Shown piece by piece: positions 19,155-28,425 of a DNA stretch of 64,000 nt. Origin of the DNA: Candidatus Eiseniibacteriota bacterium (GTDB taxonomy: Bacteria; Eisenbacteria; RBG-16-71-46; CAIMUX01; VGJL01); the NCBI GenBank assembly GCA_041946735.1, contig JBHGAY010000013.1, positions 32,001 to 96,000 of the forward strand, written 5' to 3'. Below the pieces are notes generated by a model that worked only from the letters and a program-made list of their open reading frames with translations, was not told the DNA's origin and searched no databases. Position numbers and translations under genes: made by a program. The stretch's first letter is position 1. Each line of letters begins with the position of its first letter.

Positions 19155-20088
19155 GGCAGCGCGCCGCTGTGACGTGCCGGCGTCCCCGCCCGCCGAAGCG
19201 CTGAGGCTCGAGCCGTCCGGAGACGACGGCGCCTGGCGCGGAGGCTTCTCTGCGATGGCGAGCGGGTGCGAGGTCCTCGTCGATCCGGTCCCCGAGCCGC
19301 TTGCGCGCCGGCTCCTGGAGATCGCCGCACGGGAGGCTTGGCGCATCGAGCGCAAGTACAGCCGGTACCGTCCCGACAGCGAGGTCGCCCGGATCCATCG
19401 ATCGCGCGGAGCGCCGGTGGAGGTCGACGACGAGACCGCCGGTTTGCTCGACTTCGCCGCCGCGTGCCATGCCATGAGCGGCGGACGGTTCGACGTGACC
19501 TCCGGCGTGCTGCGCCGCGCCTGGAGGTTCGATGGGAGCGACCGCGTCCCGGCCGCAAGCGAGGTCGAAGCCCTACTGCCTTCGATCGGCTGGGAGAAGC
19601 TCGCCTGGAGACGGCCGATCCTCTTCCTGCCCGAGGGCATGGAGATCGACTTCGGAGGCATCGGCAAGGAGTACGCGGTCGACCGCGCGTTCGAGGAGAT
19701 GCGCGTGGAGACCGGCGCCGCGTTCCTCGTCAACTTCGGCGGCGATCTCCGCGCGAGCGGGCCGCGCTGCGGCGAACGTCCCTGGGTCGTCGGGATCGAG
19801 GATCCCGGCGCGGAGGAGTGCGCCGTCCAGCGGATCGAGTTGAGCGGCGGCGCGCTGGCGACGAGCGGCGACAGCCGCCGCTTCCTCGAGAAGGACGGCG
19901 TCCGTTACTCCCACGTTCTGGACCCGCGCACCGGCTGGCCCGTGCGCGATGCCCCGCGCTCGGTGACCGTCGCCGCCCCTACCTGCCTCGAGGCCGGAAT
20001 GCTCGCGACAATGGCGCTGCTGCATGGTCCCGCAGCGCGCGCGTTCCTCCAGGAGCAAGGTGCCCACTCCTGGTGCGTCATGGCCTGA
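19141..20088 (+). CDS. apbE: FAD:protein FMN transferase
   Basis: SRYRPDSEV, GRFDVT, IDFGGIGKEYAVD, NFGGDL, LATSGD, YSHVLDPRTG; start uncertain (ATG 19141 or slightly downstream). Confidence 0.92.
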   Translation: MRTPEAARRCDVPASPPAEALRLEPSGDDGAWRGGFSAMASGCEVLVDPVPEPLARRLLEIAAREAWRIERKYSRYRPDSEVARIHRSRGAPVEVDDETAGLLDFAAACHAMSGGRFDVTSGVLRRAWRFDGSDRVPAASEVEALLPSIGWEKLAWRRPILFLPEGMEIDFGGIGKEYAVDRAFEEMRVETGAAFLVNFGGDLRASGPRCGERPWVVGIEDPGAEECAVQRIELSGGALATSGDSRRFLEKDGVRYSHVLDPRTGWPVRDAPRSVTVAAPTCLEAGMLATMALLHGPAARAFLQEQGAHSWCVMA

Positions 20089-20131
20089 GCCCGGCGAGTC
20101 GACTCGCGAAGGCGAGGAAGCGGCTCGAACC

Positions 20132-21733
20132 TTATCGAACGAGCACCAGGCGCCGCTTCGCCTCTCCGTTCGCCGTCCGCAGCACCCCGAAGTAGACGCC
20201 CGCCGGCGCGTCCTCGAAGATCGCGGCCGTGTCGAGGGGCACCACGTGCGCGCCGGCCGTCTCGTTGCGATCGAGGAGGGTCGACACGAGGCGTCCCTCG
20301 ACGTCGACGAGCTCGAGGCGGACCGGACCGCTCTTCGGCAGCGTGTACGAAAGCTCGGTCGAGGCGCGGAACGGATTTGGCGATGCGTTCAGGTCCAGGC
20401 GGGCGACCCCCGCCTCCGGGCCAGGGGCGTCCGCCAGTCCGTTGCGAAGGACGAAGAGGCCCCGCTCGATGTCGGAAACGAGGATCGTCCCGCTCGGAAG
20501 AGCTGGATAGACGCCCCACGCGCCGTTGAAGTTCGCATTGTCGTTGTCCGGATATGTGTCGAAGAACCCGACCTCGTGTTCCTCACCGGGATTGCGGATG
20601 TCATAGATTCGCAGGCCGCTCCGGTAGTTCGCCTCATAGAGATAGCCGTCGCGACCGTACGGATTATGATCGATCGCGGACAGACCGTTCGTGAAGCTCC
20701 GCAGGAACGTCGGATGCGCCAGATCGGAGACGTCGATCACGTACGTCGTCGTGGTCGAGACGTCGGGATCGTCCAACTCGTCCAGCTCGTCGTTGACGTA
20801 GAGGAGCCGGCGATCCGGGCTGAGCCAGCTGTGGTGGCAGTAGGTCGTATTCGGATAGGCAACCGAGCCGAGCGTGACCATGGCGCTCTTGTCGGTGACG
20901 TCGATCGTGAAGAGCCCGTTCGAGCCACAGGCGGCGAAGGCGATCTCCCGCCCCGCATAGGGACCGTCTTCGTACGTGACGACATTGACGTCGTGGACGT
21001 AGTGCTCGGACCAGACGGTGTCGAGCGAGAAGTAGGGATGCATCGGATCGGAGACATCGACCGCGATCAGCCCACCGCCCGAAATGTTGGGCCCGTACCC
21101 GTTCGATCCACAGAGGTAGACGAAGTGGCTCGCGTGGTTCACGGCGATGTTGTGGGATGTCTTCAGGTCGTAGTCGGTGTCCTGCACCGCCAGGCTCACC
21201 TGTCCCTCGTCGATTCGAGTCAGGTCGATCACGTAGAGGCCGTCCCCGGTGTCGGGCGGATTGTCGTCGGGATAGTCATGGACGGCGAAGGCGTACTCCC
21301 CGTCGATCTTCATATCGCGCCAGATCGAGGGGCGGCCGGGGATCACGCCGACGACGACCGGGTTGGACGGATCGGTCACCTCGACGAAGCCGACCCCCTC
21401 CCACAGTCCGATGATCGCGTACTCGCGCCCCGATGGAGAGACGTAGCCCCAGATATCGGACGCGCGTTGCTGCGAACCCGGAAACTCGGAGAGCGGCACC
21501 CAGCCGAGAAGGGCGACGTTCGACGCGGCGAAGGTGTCGAGGATCTTGCCGCGGGAGTCGGGTTGGAGCGGTAAGCCCGAGTAGCCCGGGCCGTCGTAGG
21601 GAGGCTCGGCGTCGTGCTCCATCCGCTCGTCCCCATGCATGGGGAGCGCGGGAACTTGCGAGGACTGGGCGAGGATTGCGAGGAATGCGAGGGCCGGCGC
21701 GAGCGCGCCGGGGCGAAGGCTCCTGATGTTCAC
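20132..21733 (-). CDS. choice-of-anchor B / LVIVD-repeat secreted protein with C-terminal CTD-like domain
   Basis: SDIWGY..GREYAIIG, WRDMK, HNIAVN, YVHD, YCHHSW, NDELDE, IDHN, GAWGVYP; C-terminus SPNPF...GRLV...AGVYF; GGAGAGGAG SD before GTG. Confidence 0.8.
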   Translation of the reverse strand: MNIRSLRPGALAPALAFLAILAQSSQVPALPMHGDERMEHDAEPPYDGPGYSGLPLQPDSRGKILDTFAASNVALLGWVPLSEFPGSQQRASDIWGYVSPSGREYAIIGLWEGVGFVEVTDPSNPVVVGVIPGRPSIWRDMKIDGEYAFAVHDYPDDNPPDTGDGLYVIDLTRIDEGQVSLAVQDTDYDLKTSHNIAVNHASHFVYLCGSNGYGPNISGGGLIAVDVSDPMHPYFSLDTVWSEHYVHDVNVVTYEDGPYAGREIAFAACGSNGLFTIDVTDKSAMVTLGSVAYPNTTYCHHSWLSPDRRLLYVNDELDELDDPDVSTTTTYVIDVSDLAHPTFLRSFTNGLSAIDHNPYGRDGYLYEANYRSGLRIYDIRNPGEEHEVGFFDTYPDNDNANFNGAWGVYPALPSGTILVSDIERGLFVLRNGLADAPGPEAGVARLDLNASPNPFRASTELSYTLPKSGPVRLELVDVEGRLVSTLLDRNETAGAHVVPLDTAAIFEDAPAGVYFGVLRTANGEAKRRLVLVR

Positions 21734-22011
21734 GGCGACTCCTCTCCGCGGCCTCCCTTCGAAACTCCGTCCGTCGCGATCGCCGGCCACGCCCGCTCAT
21801 CGAGCGATCCGCCCGGGTCGCGGCGAAACGGGTGAGTGTACTCCGGGAGCGGAGCGGGAAGCCAGAGAGACGAGCGGGCGGATTGCGGGCGGAGGTGTCG
21901 GAGAGCTGTACGGCCGGCCCTACCGCCGTGCCAAGTGATTTCGGTGACGGCCGCGCGAGGGAGGCCGGTCATCGCGCGCCCGCCTTGGCCGGGAGACCGT
22001 GGCGTTGGCCC

Positions 22012-22563
22012 TCAGGCCTTGGCCGGCAGCTCTCCCCGGCGCAGCCGGCGGTAGAGATCCAGGGCGTCGAGCAGGATCCGGACGGCCTCCTCCGGCCCCA
22101 TCAGGTCCTCGACGACCACCTGCTTGTGCTCGAGCTGCTTGTAGTCCTCGAAGAAGCGCCGCATCTCCCGAAGGACGTGGCTCGGGAGCTGGCGGTGATC
22201 GGTGTACGCGTTCACCGCCGGATCGTGCACGGAAACCGCCACGATCTTGTCGTCGATCCCCTTCTCGTCGCGCATCCGGAAAGCGCCGACCGCGCGCGCC
22301 TCGACGATGGTCAGAGGATCGACCGGCTCCTGACCCAGCACGAGGGCGTCGAGCGGATCGCCGTCGTCGCAGTAGGTGCGCGGGATGAAGCCGTAGTTCG
22401 CCGGGTAATGGACGGCCGAGTAGAGCACCCGGTCGAGGCGGAGAAAGCCGGTCTGCTTGTCCAGCTCGTACTTGTTCTTGCTCCCCATCGGAACTTCGAT
22501 CACCACGGGGAAGGCGCTCGAGACGAGTTGATCGTCGACGTAGATGTCGTGCCAGGCATGCAT
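22012..22563 (-). CDS. ppa: inorganic pyrophosphatase (family I)
   Basis: IEVPMGSKNKYELDK, YPANYGFIPRT, DGDPLDALV, DDKI. Confidence 0.95.
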   Translation of the reverse strand: MHAWHDIYVDDQLVSSAFPVVIEVPMGSKNKYELDKQTGFLRLDRVLYSAVHYPANYGFIPRTYCDDGDPLDALVLGQEPVDPLTIVEARAVGAFRMRDEKGIDDKIVAVSVHDPAVNAYTDHRQLPSHVLREMRRFFEDYKQLEHKQVVVEDLMGPEEAVRILLDALDLYRRLRRGELPAKA

Positions 22564-22738
22564 CGGAAGGGCTCCTGACTGGAGGCGGCCGGCCCGGCCG
22601 TCTGACCGTCCCGAGTGTAGGCGATCGCAGGCCCGGCGCCTCGCCGTCGGCGAAGGCCGCTTGCGCTCTGCCGGCCGACCGGGACAATCTGCCTGCGGGG
22701 AGGCGCGGGACGATCCGCCTCCGAGGAGGTGCGAGGCG

Positions 22739-23179
22739 ATGGCGATCGAGATCCGCGAGTACCGTCCCGACGAGTACGAGCAGGTGCGCGCTCTGTGGGA
22801 AGCGTGCGAAGGCGCGATCGGCCTGGGGCGATCCGACACGCCCGAGGAGATCGAGAAGATGCGCCGCTTCGACCCGGGCCTCTTCCTCGTCGCGGCCGGC
22901 GAGGGCGGCACGATCGCCGGTACGGTGATCGGCGGCTTCGACGGCCGCCGCGGCCACGTCTACCATCTCGCCGTCGCGCCCGATTCGCGGCGCTCGGGCC
23001 TCGGCCGGCGCCTCATGGCGGAGATCGAGCGCAGGCTCGTGGCGCGGGGGGCGATCCGGGCGCACCTGATGGTCATGCCCGGCAACGAGCAGGCGATCCG
23101 CTTCTACGAGTCGATCGGCTGGTCGGTCCTGCCGATCACCGCGATGTCGAAGAACCTAGAGGCGCCGGCCGAGGGCTAA
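22739..23179 (+). CDS. GNAT family acetyltransferase (YpeA-like)
   Basis: GGFDGRRGHVYHLAV..RRSGLG and NEQAIRFYESIG; GAGGAGG SD. Confidence 0.88.
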   Translation: MAIEIREYRPDEYEQVRALWEACEGAIGLGRSDTPEEIEKMRRFDPGLFLVAAGEGGTIAGTVIGGFDGRRGHVYHLAVAPDSRRSGLGRRLMAEIERRLVARGAIRAHLMVMPGNEQAIRFYESIGWSVLPITAMSKNLEAPAEG

Positions 23180-23208
23180 CCCGCCGCCGCCCTCGCGCGA
23201 GCCTCTCG

Positions 23209-23280
23209 TCGATCGGATCGTCGATTCGCTCGTCGATCGGATGGTTGATCTGCGCGTCGATCTGCCTGTCGATCTGCGCG
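23209..23280. repeat. degenerate 12-bp tandem repeat x6 between convergent genes
   Basis: tcgatcggatcg tcgattcgctcg tcgatcggatgg ttgatctgcgcg tcgatctgcctg tcgatctgcgcg. Confidence 0.8.
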
Positions 23281-23282
23281 CA

Positions 23283-23903
23283 TCACTTCTTCCAGAGCTT
23301 CATCTCCATCATCGGCGTCCAGGTCGCGCCGCCGTCGGTGGACATCTCCCCCGTCTCGTGCCACCAGCCGTCTTCGAGGCGCATCGAGTAGCGGATGCGA
23401 TCCTTCGCGGCGTCGGGGGCCCAGTCGAAGCCGTTCTCGACCGGCGTCAACGTCGCGACGCCGCTCAGTCCGTCGGTCGTCCCGGAATGCATCCGGTACT
23501 GCCCCGACCACGGCTCGTAGAAGACGAGGCCGATCGCGCGGAATGCGATTCTCCCCTGCTCCGTGCCGGTGCCTTCGATCAGGAGCGCCGCCCCCTCGAG
23601 CTTCGTGCGGACCGACTCGTGCTGGCGCAGCTCGTGGCGCTGGCCGTCGGGCGTCACGACCCAACCGTTGCCGTCCCACTCGCCGACCAGGAAGGACATC
23701 CGCTGCATCGCTTCACGCGGCGAGATCCTCGAGCCGGGGGCCTGATTGCCAGTTGGGGCGGCCGGAGCCTGAGCAGGCGCAGCGGGCGCCTCCGGCGGAT
23801 CCTCCGCAGCGGCACGGCTCGACGAGGCGACGAGCGCCGCCGCGCAGAGGACCAGGCTCACGAACGTCAGGGCGACGATCCGGATCGCGCGGAACGATGT
23901 CAT
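23283..23903 (-). CDS. secreted DUF1579-like beta-barrel protein
   Basis: Signal peptide and Pro/Ala linker; MSFLVGEWDGNG and W.ETGEMSTDGGATWTPMMEM patterns. Confidence 0.65.
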   Translation of the reverse strand: MTSFRAIRIVALTFVSLVLCAAALVASSSRAAAEDPPEAPAAPAQAPAAPTGNQAPGSRISPREAMQRMSFLVGEWDGNGWVVTPDGQRHELRQHESVRTKLEGAALLIEGTGTEQGRIAFRAIGLVFYEPWSGQYRMHSGTTDGLSGVATLTPVENGFDWAPDAAKDRIRYSMRLEDGWWHETGEMSTDGGATWTPMMEMKLWKK

Positions 23904-24028
23904 CGGTGCTCCTCCTCTTCCTTTTCCTTCCCCTTCGTCGGTCCAACCGCCCGCGCTCGGACGGCGACCGGCAGACGATATCGCGGGCTTCGCGCCGCGT
24001 TCAAGCGCTCGCTCCGTGTTCCCGACGC

Positions 24029-24601
24029 TCAAGTCCGATCGAGACCGAGTCCCGGGTAGGAGATGTCGAGGCCTTCGATCACGGCGAACGGCGTGATCTC
24101 GTGGGGCCGGGGCGGGCCAAGGGAGAGGATGTGCACGACGGCGATGCCGCGGACGGTGAGCGCGTCGGCGATCAACGAGCGGTGGCAGCGCCACGGGACC
24201 GCTTCGGCGCACAACAGGCACAGACGAGCTTCGTCCTCCGCCGTCGCTTCCTCCGCGGCATCGCCTCCGACGCGGCGGGCGAGATCGATCAGGCCGGCGA
24301 GCGCTTCGCGAAATCCCCCGGTTTCCATGTAGTCCGCATAGCCGCGGAAGGAGGCGTTCTGCCAGCCGGTGTTGCGCGAGTCCTTCCGGGGATGGCGCAG
24401 GCCTCCGAGTCCCGGGAGATGCGAGTAACCGATTCCCGCGCTGGCCAGCGAGGCGGCGAGCGTCTCGCGCGCGAACTGGGGGTTGCGGCGCGACCGTGGA
24501 ACCGTGCGGACGTCGGCGATCCAGCGGACGCCGTGCGCGTGCAGCAGGACGATCAGGTCCTCCGCGCTGCGCGTGGAATGTCCGGCGGTCGCGATCGTCA
24601 T
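24029..24601 (-). CDS. DUF488 family protein
   Basis: TAGHSTRS, ADVRTVPRSRRNPQF, LGGLR, FRGYADYM, LLCAEAVPWRCHRSLIAD; ATGA overlap with the upstream gene. Confidence 0.88.
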   Translation of the reverse strand: MTIATAGHSTRSAEDLIVLLHAHGVRWIADVRTVPRSRRNPQFARETLAASLASAGIGYSHLPGLGGLRHPRKDSRNTGWQNASFRGYADYMETGGFREALAGLIDLARRVGGDAAEEATAEDEARLCLLCAEAVPWRCHRSLIADALTVRGIAVVHILSLGPPRPHEITPFAVIEGLDISYPGLGLDRT

Positions 24602-26253
24602 GGCTGCGCGCCACCGGCGGCAACGGCCGCCGCCGCCCGCGTCCCCGCGCGGCGCGCGGCGAGAAACACCTCGGCGAAGCCGGTCTCGTCGAGCGCCACC
24701 GGCTCCCCGGCCACGATGCCGCGGACCTCGTAGCGTCCCTCGATCTGGACGAAGCGGCCCGCCTCCTCGCCTTCGGCGGTCCCCGGCGAGAGGACGGCGT
24801 CGCGAACCGTGATCGCCACACGGATCGAGTCCGGCCCCGTCGCCCCTTGGAGGACGAGCCGGGCGGGGACCGGCTCCCCCGCCTCGTTCGCCGCCGGACC
24901 GCGGAAGCTCCCCTCGCGGCGGATCTCTCGGATGCGGAAGATCTGCAAGAGGCCGCGGCGGTTCAGCAGCGCCAGGAACGCCTCCGGATCCAGGATCGAG
25001 GGAGCCCGCACCGAGCCGTAGAACAGCGCGAGGTCGGGGCCGACCGCCTGTCCCCAATCCCAGCGGACGCGGTCCCACTTGCCCCAGTTGTGGTCGTGGT
25101 AGCCGACGTAGCCGTCGAGAGCGTAGGAGCGGCCGCCTGCGCGCACCGTGCCGCGCGCCTCGCCGCGCAATACCGGGATCACGTAGCCAAGCTCGAGGCC
25201 GCCTCCACGGTCGATCGAGAACGGCGGGTAGAAGTACCCCTCGACCGGCGCCAACGTGAAGTCGAAGGAGATGGGACCGCTCTCTCCGTCGGGAGCAGTC
25301 GCGCGCACGTGATACTCGCCGTCCACGAGAGAGACGCGGTTCGGCGCGGCGGCCACGGCGGCCACCGCGTCCCCGGCGGCCCCGGAGGCCCCGGCGCCGC
25401 CAGCACCGTCGCGGGCGCCGCCGCCGGCAGCACTCATGCCGATCGCGATGCCGGGCCCCTTGGTCGAGAACGAGACCTGATCCTGCGGCCAGACGCCGCT
25501 CGCGCGGAAGCTGCGGCCCCCCGGCTCGCGCCACTGCGCGAGCAGGATGCCGTGCGCGCGGCCGCGCCGCACGTCGCCGGCGAGCATGAAGGTGACGTAG
25601 CCGTACGGATCGCCGCCGTCGCGTCGCAGGTTGAAGTAGTGCCACTCGGCCCACAAGGAGTCGGGCGCCGTCCCCGCCGCCGTCCCCCCGGCGGGCGCGG
25701 GCGAACTCTCGCTCGAAGCGCCGGCCGAGCCCGCCTCTCCTCCAGGAAGATGGAACGCGTCCATCTCCGGCGTCGCGCGCCGCGGAATCGCCAGCCACTG
25801 GCGCGACGCCTCGGTATCCGACCACGGGGCCGGCTGCCCGAGAAGCATCGCCTCCCGCGACGGGATCGACGCGCTCGCGAGCGCCGCCGTGGCTCGCCCG
25901 CCGGGCCGCCCGACGTATACCAGACGGTTCGCGAGCTGCGGCGAGGCGGCGCGCACCTCGTCCTCGAAGCGCTGCCCCTCGAAGAGGCCGCCGATCAGAT
26001 AGCGGGCGTTCGGAATCTGGAAGAACATCGCCGAGAGCCCGCCGACCTTCAACGCCTCGAGATCGACGCCGGCCGGCAGGATCACCACGTCGCCCCCGCC
26101 GAGCAGGTCCTTGTCGCGCGCCTGCTCGAGGATCGCCTCGCCCACCGAGAGCAGGACGACCATGACCGCTGCCCCGAGCGCGAAGCCGAGGAGCAGGATC
26201 GCCGAACGCACCGGATGGCGCGCGAGCCCGCGCCGGGCGAGAAGGAAGATCAT
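24598..26253 (-). CDS. MacB/LolE-type N-terminal TM1 and partial periplasmic domain fused to an AttH/CrtC lipocalin-like domain
   Basis: N-terminus LARRGLARHPVRSAILLLGFALGAAVMVVLLSVGE; WAEWHYFN and GYHDHNWG..WDWG motifs; no C-terminal FtsX TM helices. Confidence 0.72.
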   Translation of the reverse strand: MIFLLARRGLARHPVRSAILLLGFALGAAVMVVLLSVGEAILEQARDKDLLGGGDVVILPAGVDLEALKVGGLSAMFFQIPNARYLIGGLFEGQRFEDEVRAASPQLANRLVYVGRPGGRATAALASASIPSREAMLLGQPAPWSDTEASRQWLAIPRRATPEMDAFHLPGGEAGSAGASSESSPAPAGGTAAGTAPDSLWAEWHYFNLRRDGGDPYGYVTFMLAGDVRRGRAHGILLAQWREPGGRSFRASGVWPQDQVSFSTKGPGIAIGMSAAGGGARDGAGGAGASGAAGDAVAAVAAAPNRVSLVDGEYHVRATAPDGESGPISFDFTLAPVEGYFYPPFSIDRGGGLELGYVIPVLRGEARGTVRAGGRSYALDGYVGYHDHNWGKWDRVRWDWGQAVGPDLALFYGSVRAPSILDPEAFLALLNRRGLLQIFRIREIRREGSFRGPAANEAGEPVPARLVLQGATGPDSIRVAITVRDAVLSPGTAEGEEAGRFVQIEGRYEVRGIVAGEPVALDETGFAEVFLAARRAGTRAAAAVAAGGAQP

Positions 26254-27095
26254 CGCTCGCCGCTCGGCGCCGGCGCCTGCCCCGGCGTCCGCGCCGACTC
26301 CGGCGCCGATGCCTGCGCCGGCTCCGGCGCCGCCGGTCGATTCCGGCGCTCGCCGACGATCCGCCCGTCCTCCATCTCGAGGATGCGGTCGGCCGCCTCG
26401 GCGAGAACGGCGTCGTGCGTGACGACGACGAGCCCGCTGCCGGCGCGCGCGAGGCGGACGAACAGCCGCACGATCGCCTCGCCTGTCTTGCGGTCCAGCT
26501 CCCCGGTCGGCTCGTCGGCCAGGATGCAGACCGGCTCGTTCGCGAGCGCGCGGGCGATCGCGACGCGTTGCATCTCCCCTCCGCTCAACTCGGCGGGACG
26601 GTGATCGGCCCGCCCCTCCAGTCCCACGAAGCCAAGCAGCTCACGGGCCCGCGCGGCACGCTCGGTCTTGCTCCGTCCCGCCTCGGACATCGGCAGCTCG
26701 ACGTTCTCCTGCGCGGTGAGGATCGGCAGCAGGTAGAAGCGCTGGAAGACGAAGCCCAGATCGCGCAGGCGGATCGCCGCGCGCTCGCGATCGCCGAGCG
26801 CCGCCGTCGCGCGGCCGGCGATCGTCACCTCTCCCGCGTCCTGGCGATCGACCAGGCCGAGCAGATGGAGCAGCGTCGACTTGCCGCAGCCGCTGGGGCC
26901 GACGACCGCGAGGAACTCTCCTGCCGTCACGTCGAGGTCGACACCACGGAGCGCTTCGATACGCCGAGCGCCGCGCTCGTAGCTCTTCCGCAGTCCCGTG
27001 GCGACGATCGCCGGCGGCCCCGCGGCGGGCGCCGCCCCGGCCGCCCCGGCCGCCCCGGCCGCCCCGGCCACCCGCTTCGCGCCCGGCCCGCTCAC
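26250..27095 (-). CDS. ABC transporter ATP-binding protein (LolD/MacB-type)
   Basis: GPSGCGKSTLL, GFVFQ, LSGGEMQRVAIARAL, ILADEPTGELD, VVVTHD; GTGA overlap. Confidence 0.93.
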   Translation of the reverse strand: MSGPGAKRVAGAAGAAGAAGAAPAAGPPAIVATGLRKSYERGARRIEALRGVDLDVTAGEFLAVVGPSGCGKSTLLHLLGLVDRQDAGEVTIAGRATAALGDRERAAIRLRDLGFVFQRFYLLPILTAQENVELPMSEAGRSKTERAARARELLGFVGLEGRADHRPAELSGGEMQRVAIARALANEPVCILADEPTGELDRKTGEAIVRLFVRLARAGSGLVVVTHDAVLAEAADRILEMEDGRIVGERRNRPAAPEPAQASAPESARTPGQAPAPSGER

Positions 27096-28405
27096 AGCGC
27101 CTCCTCGCGGAGCGTCGCCGCGATCGGCATCCGCACGGCGAACGCCGCCGCCGCGCCCCCCGCCGCGACGCCGACCGCCACGACGAACGCCGCAGTGCGC
27201 GCGAGCGCCTCCGGGGTCCAGACGAAGAAGGAAACGTCGGCGGGAAGTCCCGGGCTGTCGCGCAGGATCGCGTCGAGGTAGCCGGAGAGGAGCCCGCCGA
27301 GGCCGATTCCGGCGAGTCCCGAGACGACGGCGAGGCCGAGCGCCTCGAGCAGCACGAGGAGCACGACGCGCGAGCGCCGGAAACCGATCGCCCGCATCAC
27401 GGCCAGCTCGCCCGCCCGCTCGCCGACCGAGATCACGACGATCGTGGCGATCAGAAGGAAGTTCACGACGAGGCTGATCGATCCCAGGATGCGGCTGAAC
27501 TGCTGGAAGTAGGACAGGCGCGCCCGGACCGACTCGACCAGCTCGGCGACGGAGTAGACGTCGACCTCCGGGAGGGCGCGTCGCAAGCGGTCGACCGTCG
27601 CCGGAACGTCCGACCCCGGCCGCAGGCCGACCAGGAACAGGGACACCTCGTCGCGATCGCGCCGGCCCTCCAGCCGCTGCAGCCACGCGAGCGGGACGGC
27701 GAGGGTCCGTTGGTCGCGCGCGTCGAAGAAGAACTCCGCGACCCCGGCGACGCGCACGCGTGCCGCGCCGACGAGCGCCCCGCTCGCCGGATCGCGATCG
27801 GCGCCGAGCAGGAGCGAGTCGCCCGGCGCTACGCCGAGCGCGGCGGCGAGGTTCTCGTTCAGCACGGCATCTCCCTCGCCCGCCGTGGCGGCAGAGCCGG
27901 CTTGGCCAGCGGTAGCGGCCGAGCCCGCCGTGGCGGCCGAGCCGGCCGAGCCGGCCAGGCCGGCGCCGAGGTCGGAGCCGCGAACGATCCGATAGACGGA
28001 ACGCGCCTCTCGATCGACGCCGACGGCGAAGACGGCCCGCTCCCCCGGCGCCCGGCCGCTCTCGCGCTCCTCCGCGTCGCCCGTCTCCCCCACGCGGACA
28101 GTCCGTGCATACACCGTCGCGCCGAGCATCGCGCCGGCGCGGGCGACCGCCGGATCCTCACGCAACCGTGCCTCGAGCCGCTCCGCGCCCGGGAACGTCG
28201 CGTCGGTCGAGAACGGGAGCGTCCCGCGCGGCGTGACGCGCAGCTCGTAGCCGAGCGAATCGAGAAGCCGCTCGAACGACAAGACAATGCCTCCTCCCAG
28301 GAGGACCATGTCGAAGAGGATCGCGGTCGCGATCGCGATCCCGAGCCCGGCGAGCAGGTTCCGCGCGGCGTGCCGGGCGAGGTTGCGGATGGCGAGCGAG
28401 AGCAT
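27092..28405 (-). CDS. ABC transporter permease, complete MacB/FtsX type
   Basis: LAIRNLARH + TM1, periplasmic NENLAAALGVAPGD, ERAGELAVMRAIGF..LLEA and three C-terminal TMs; GGAGG SD. Confidence 0.9.
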   Translation of the reverse strand: MLSLAIRNLARHAARNLLAGLGIAIATAILFDMVLLGGGIVLSFERLLDSLGYELRVTPRGTLPFSTDATFPGAERLEARLREDPAVARAGAMLGATVYARTVRVGETGDAEERESGRAPGERAVFAVGVDREARSVYRIVRGSDLGAGLAGSAGSAATAGSAATAGQAGSAATAGEGDAVLNENLAAALGVAPGDSLLLGADRDPASGALVGAARVRVAGVAEFFFDARDQRTLAVPLAWLQRLEGRRDRDEVSLFLVGLRPGSDVPATVDRLRRALPEVDVYSVAELVESVRARLSYFQQFSRILGSISLVVNFLLIATIVVISVGERAGELAVMRAIGFRRSRVVLLVLLEALGLAVVSGLAGIGLGGLLSGYLDAILRDSPGLPADVSFFVWTPEALARTAAFVVAVGVAAGGAAAAFAVRMPIAATLREEAL

Positions 28406-28425
28406 GACGTCCGCCTCCCTTGCCG

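Noticed and set aside
23209..23280. Short repeat arrays as possible CRISPR (also 16461-16520)
   Set aside because: Units are 12-20 bp, directly adjacent with no spacers, and there are no cas genes.
27034..27960. Ala/Gly coding microrepeats in the ABC ATPase N-terminus and permease loop as functional motifs
   Set aside because: They are frame-preserving low-complexity linkers, best explained by the general duplication tendency already reported.
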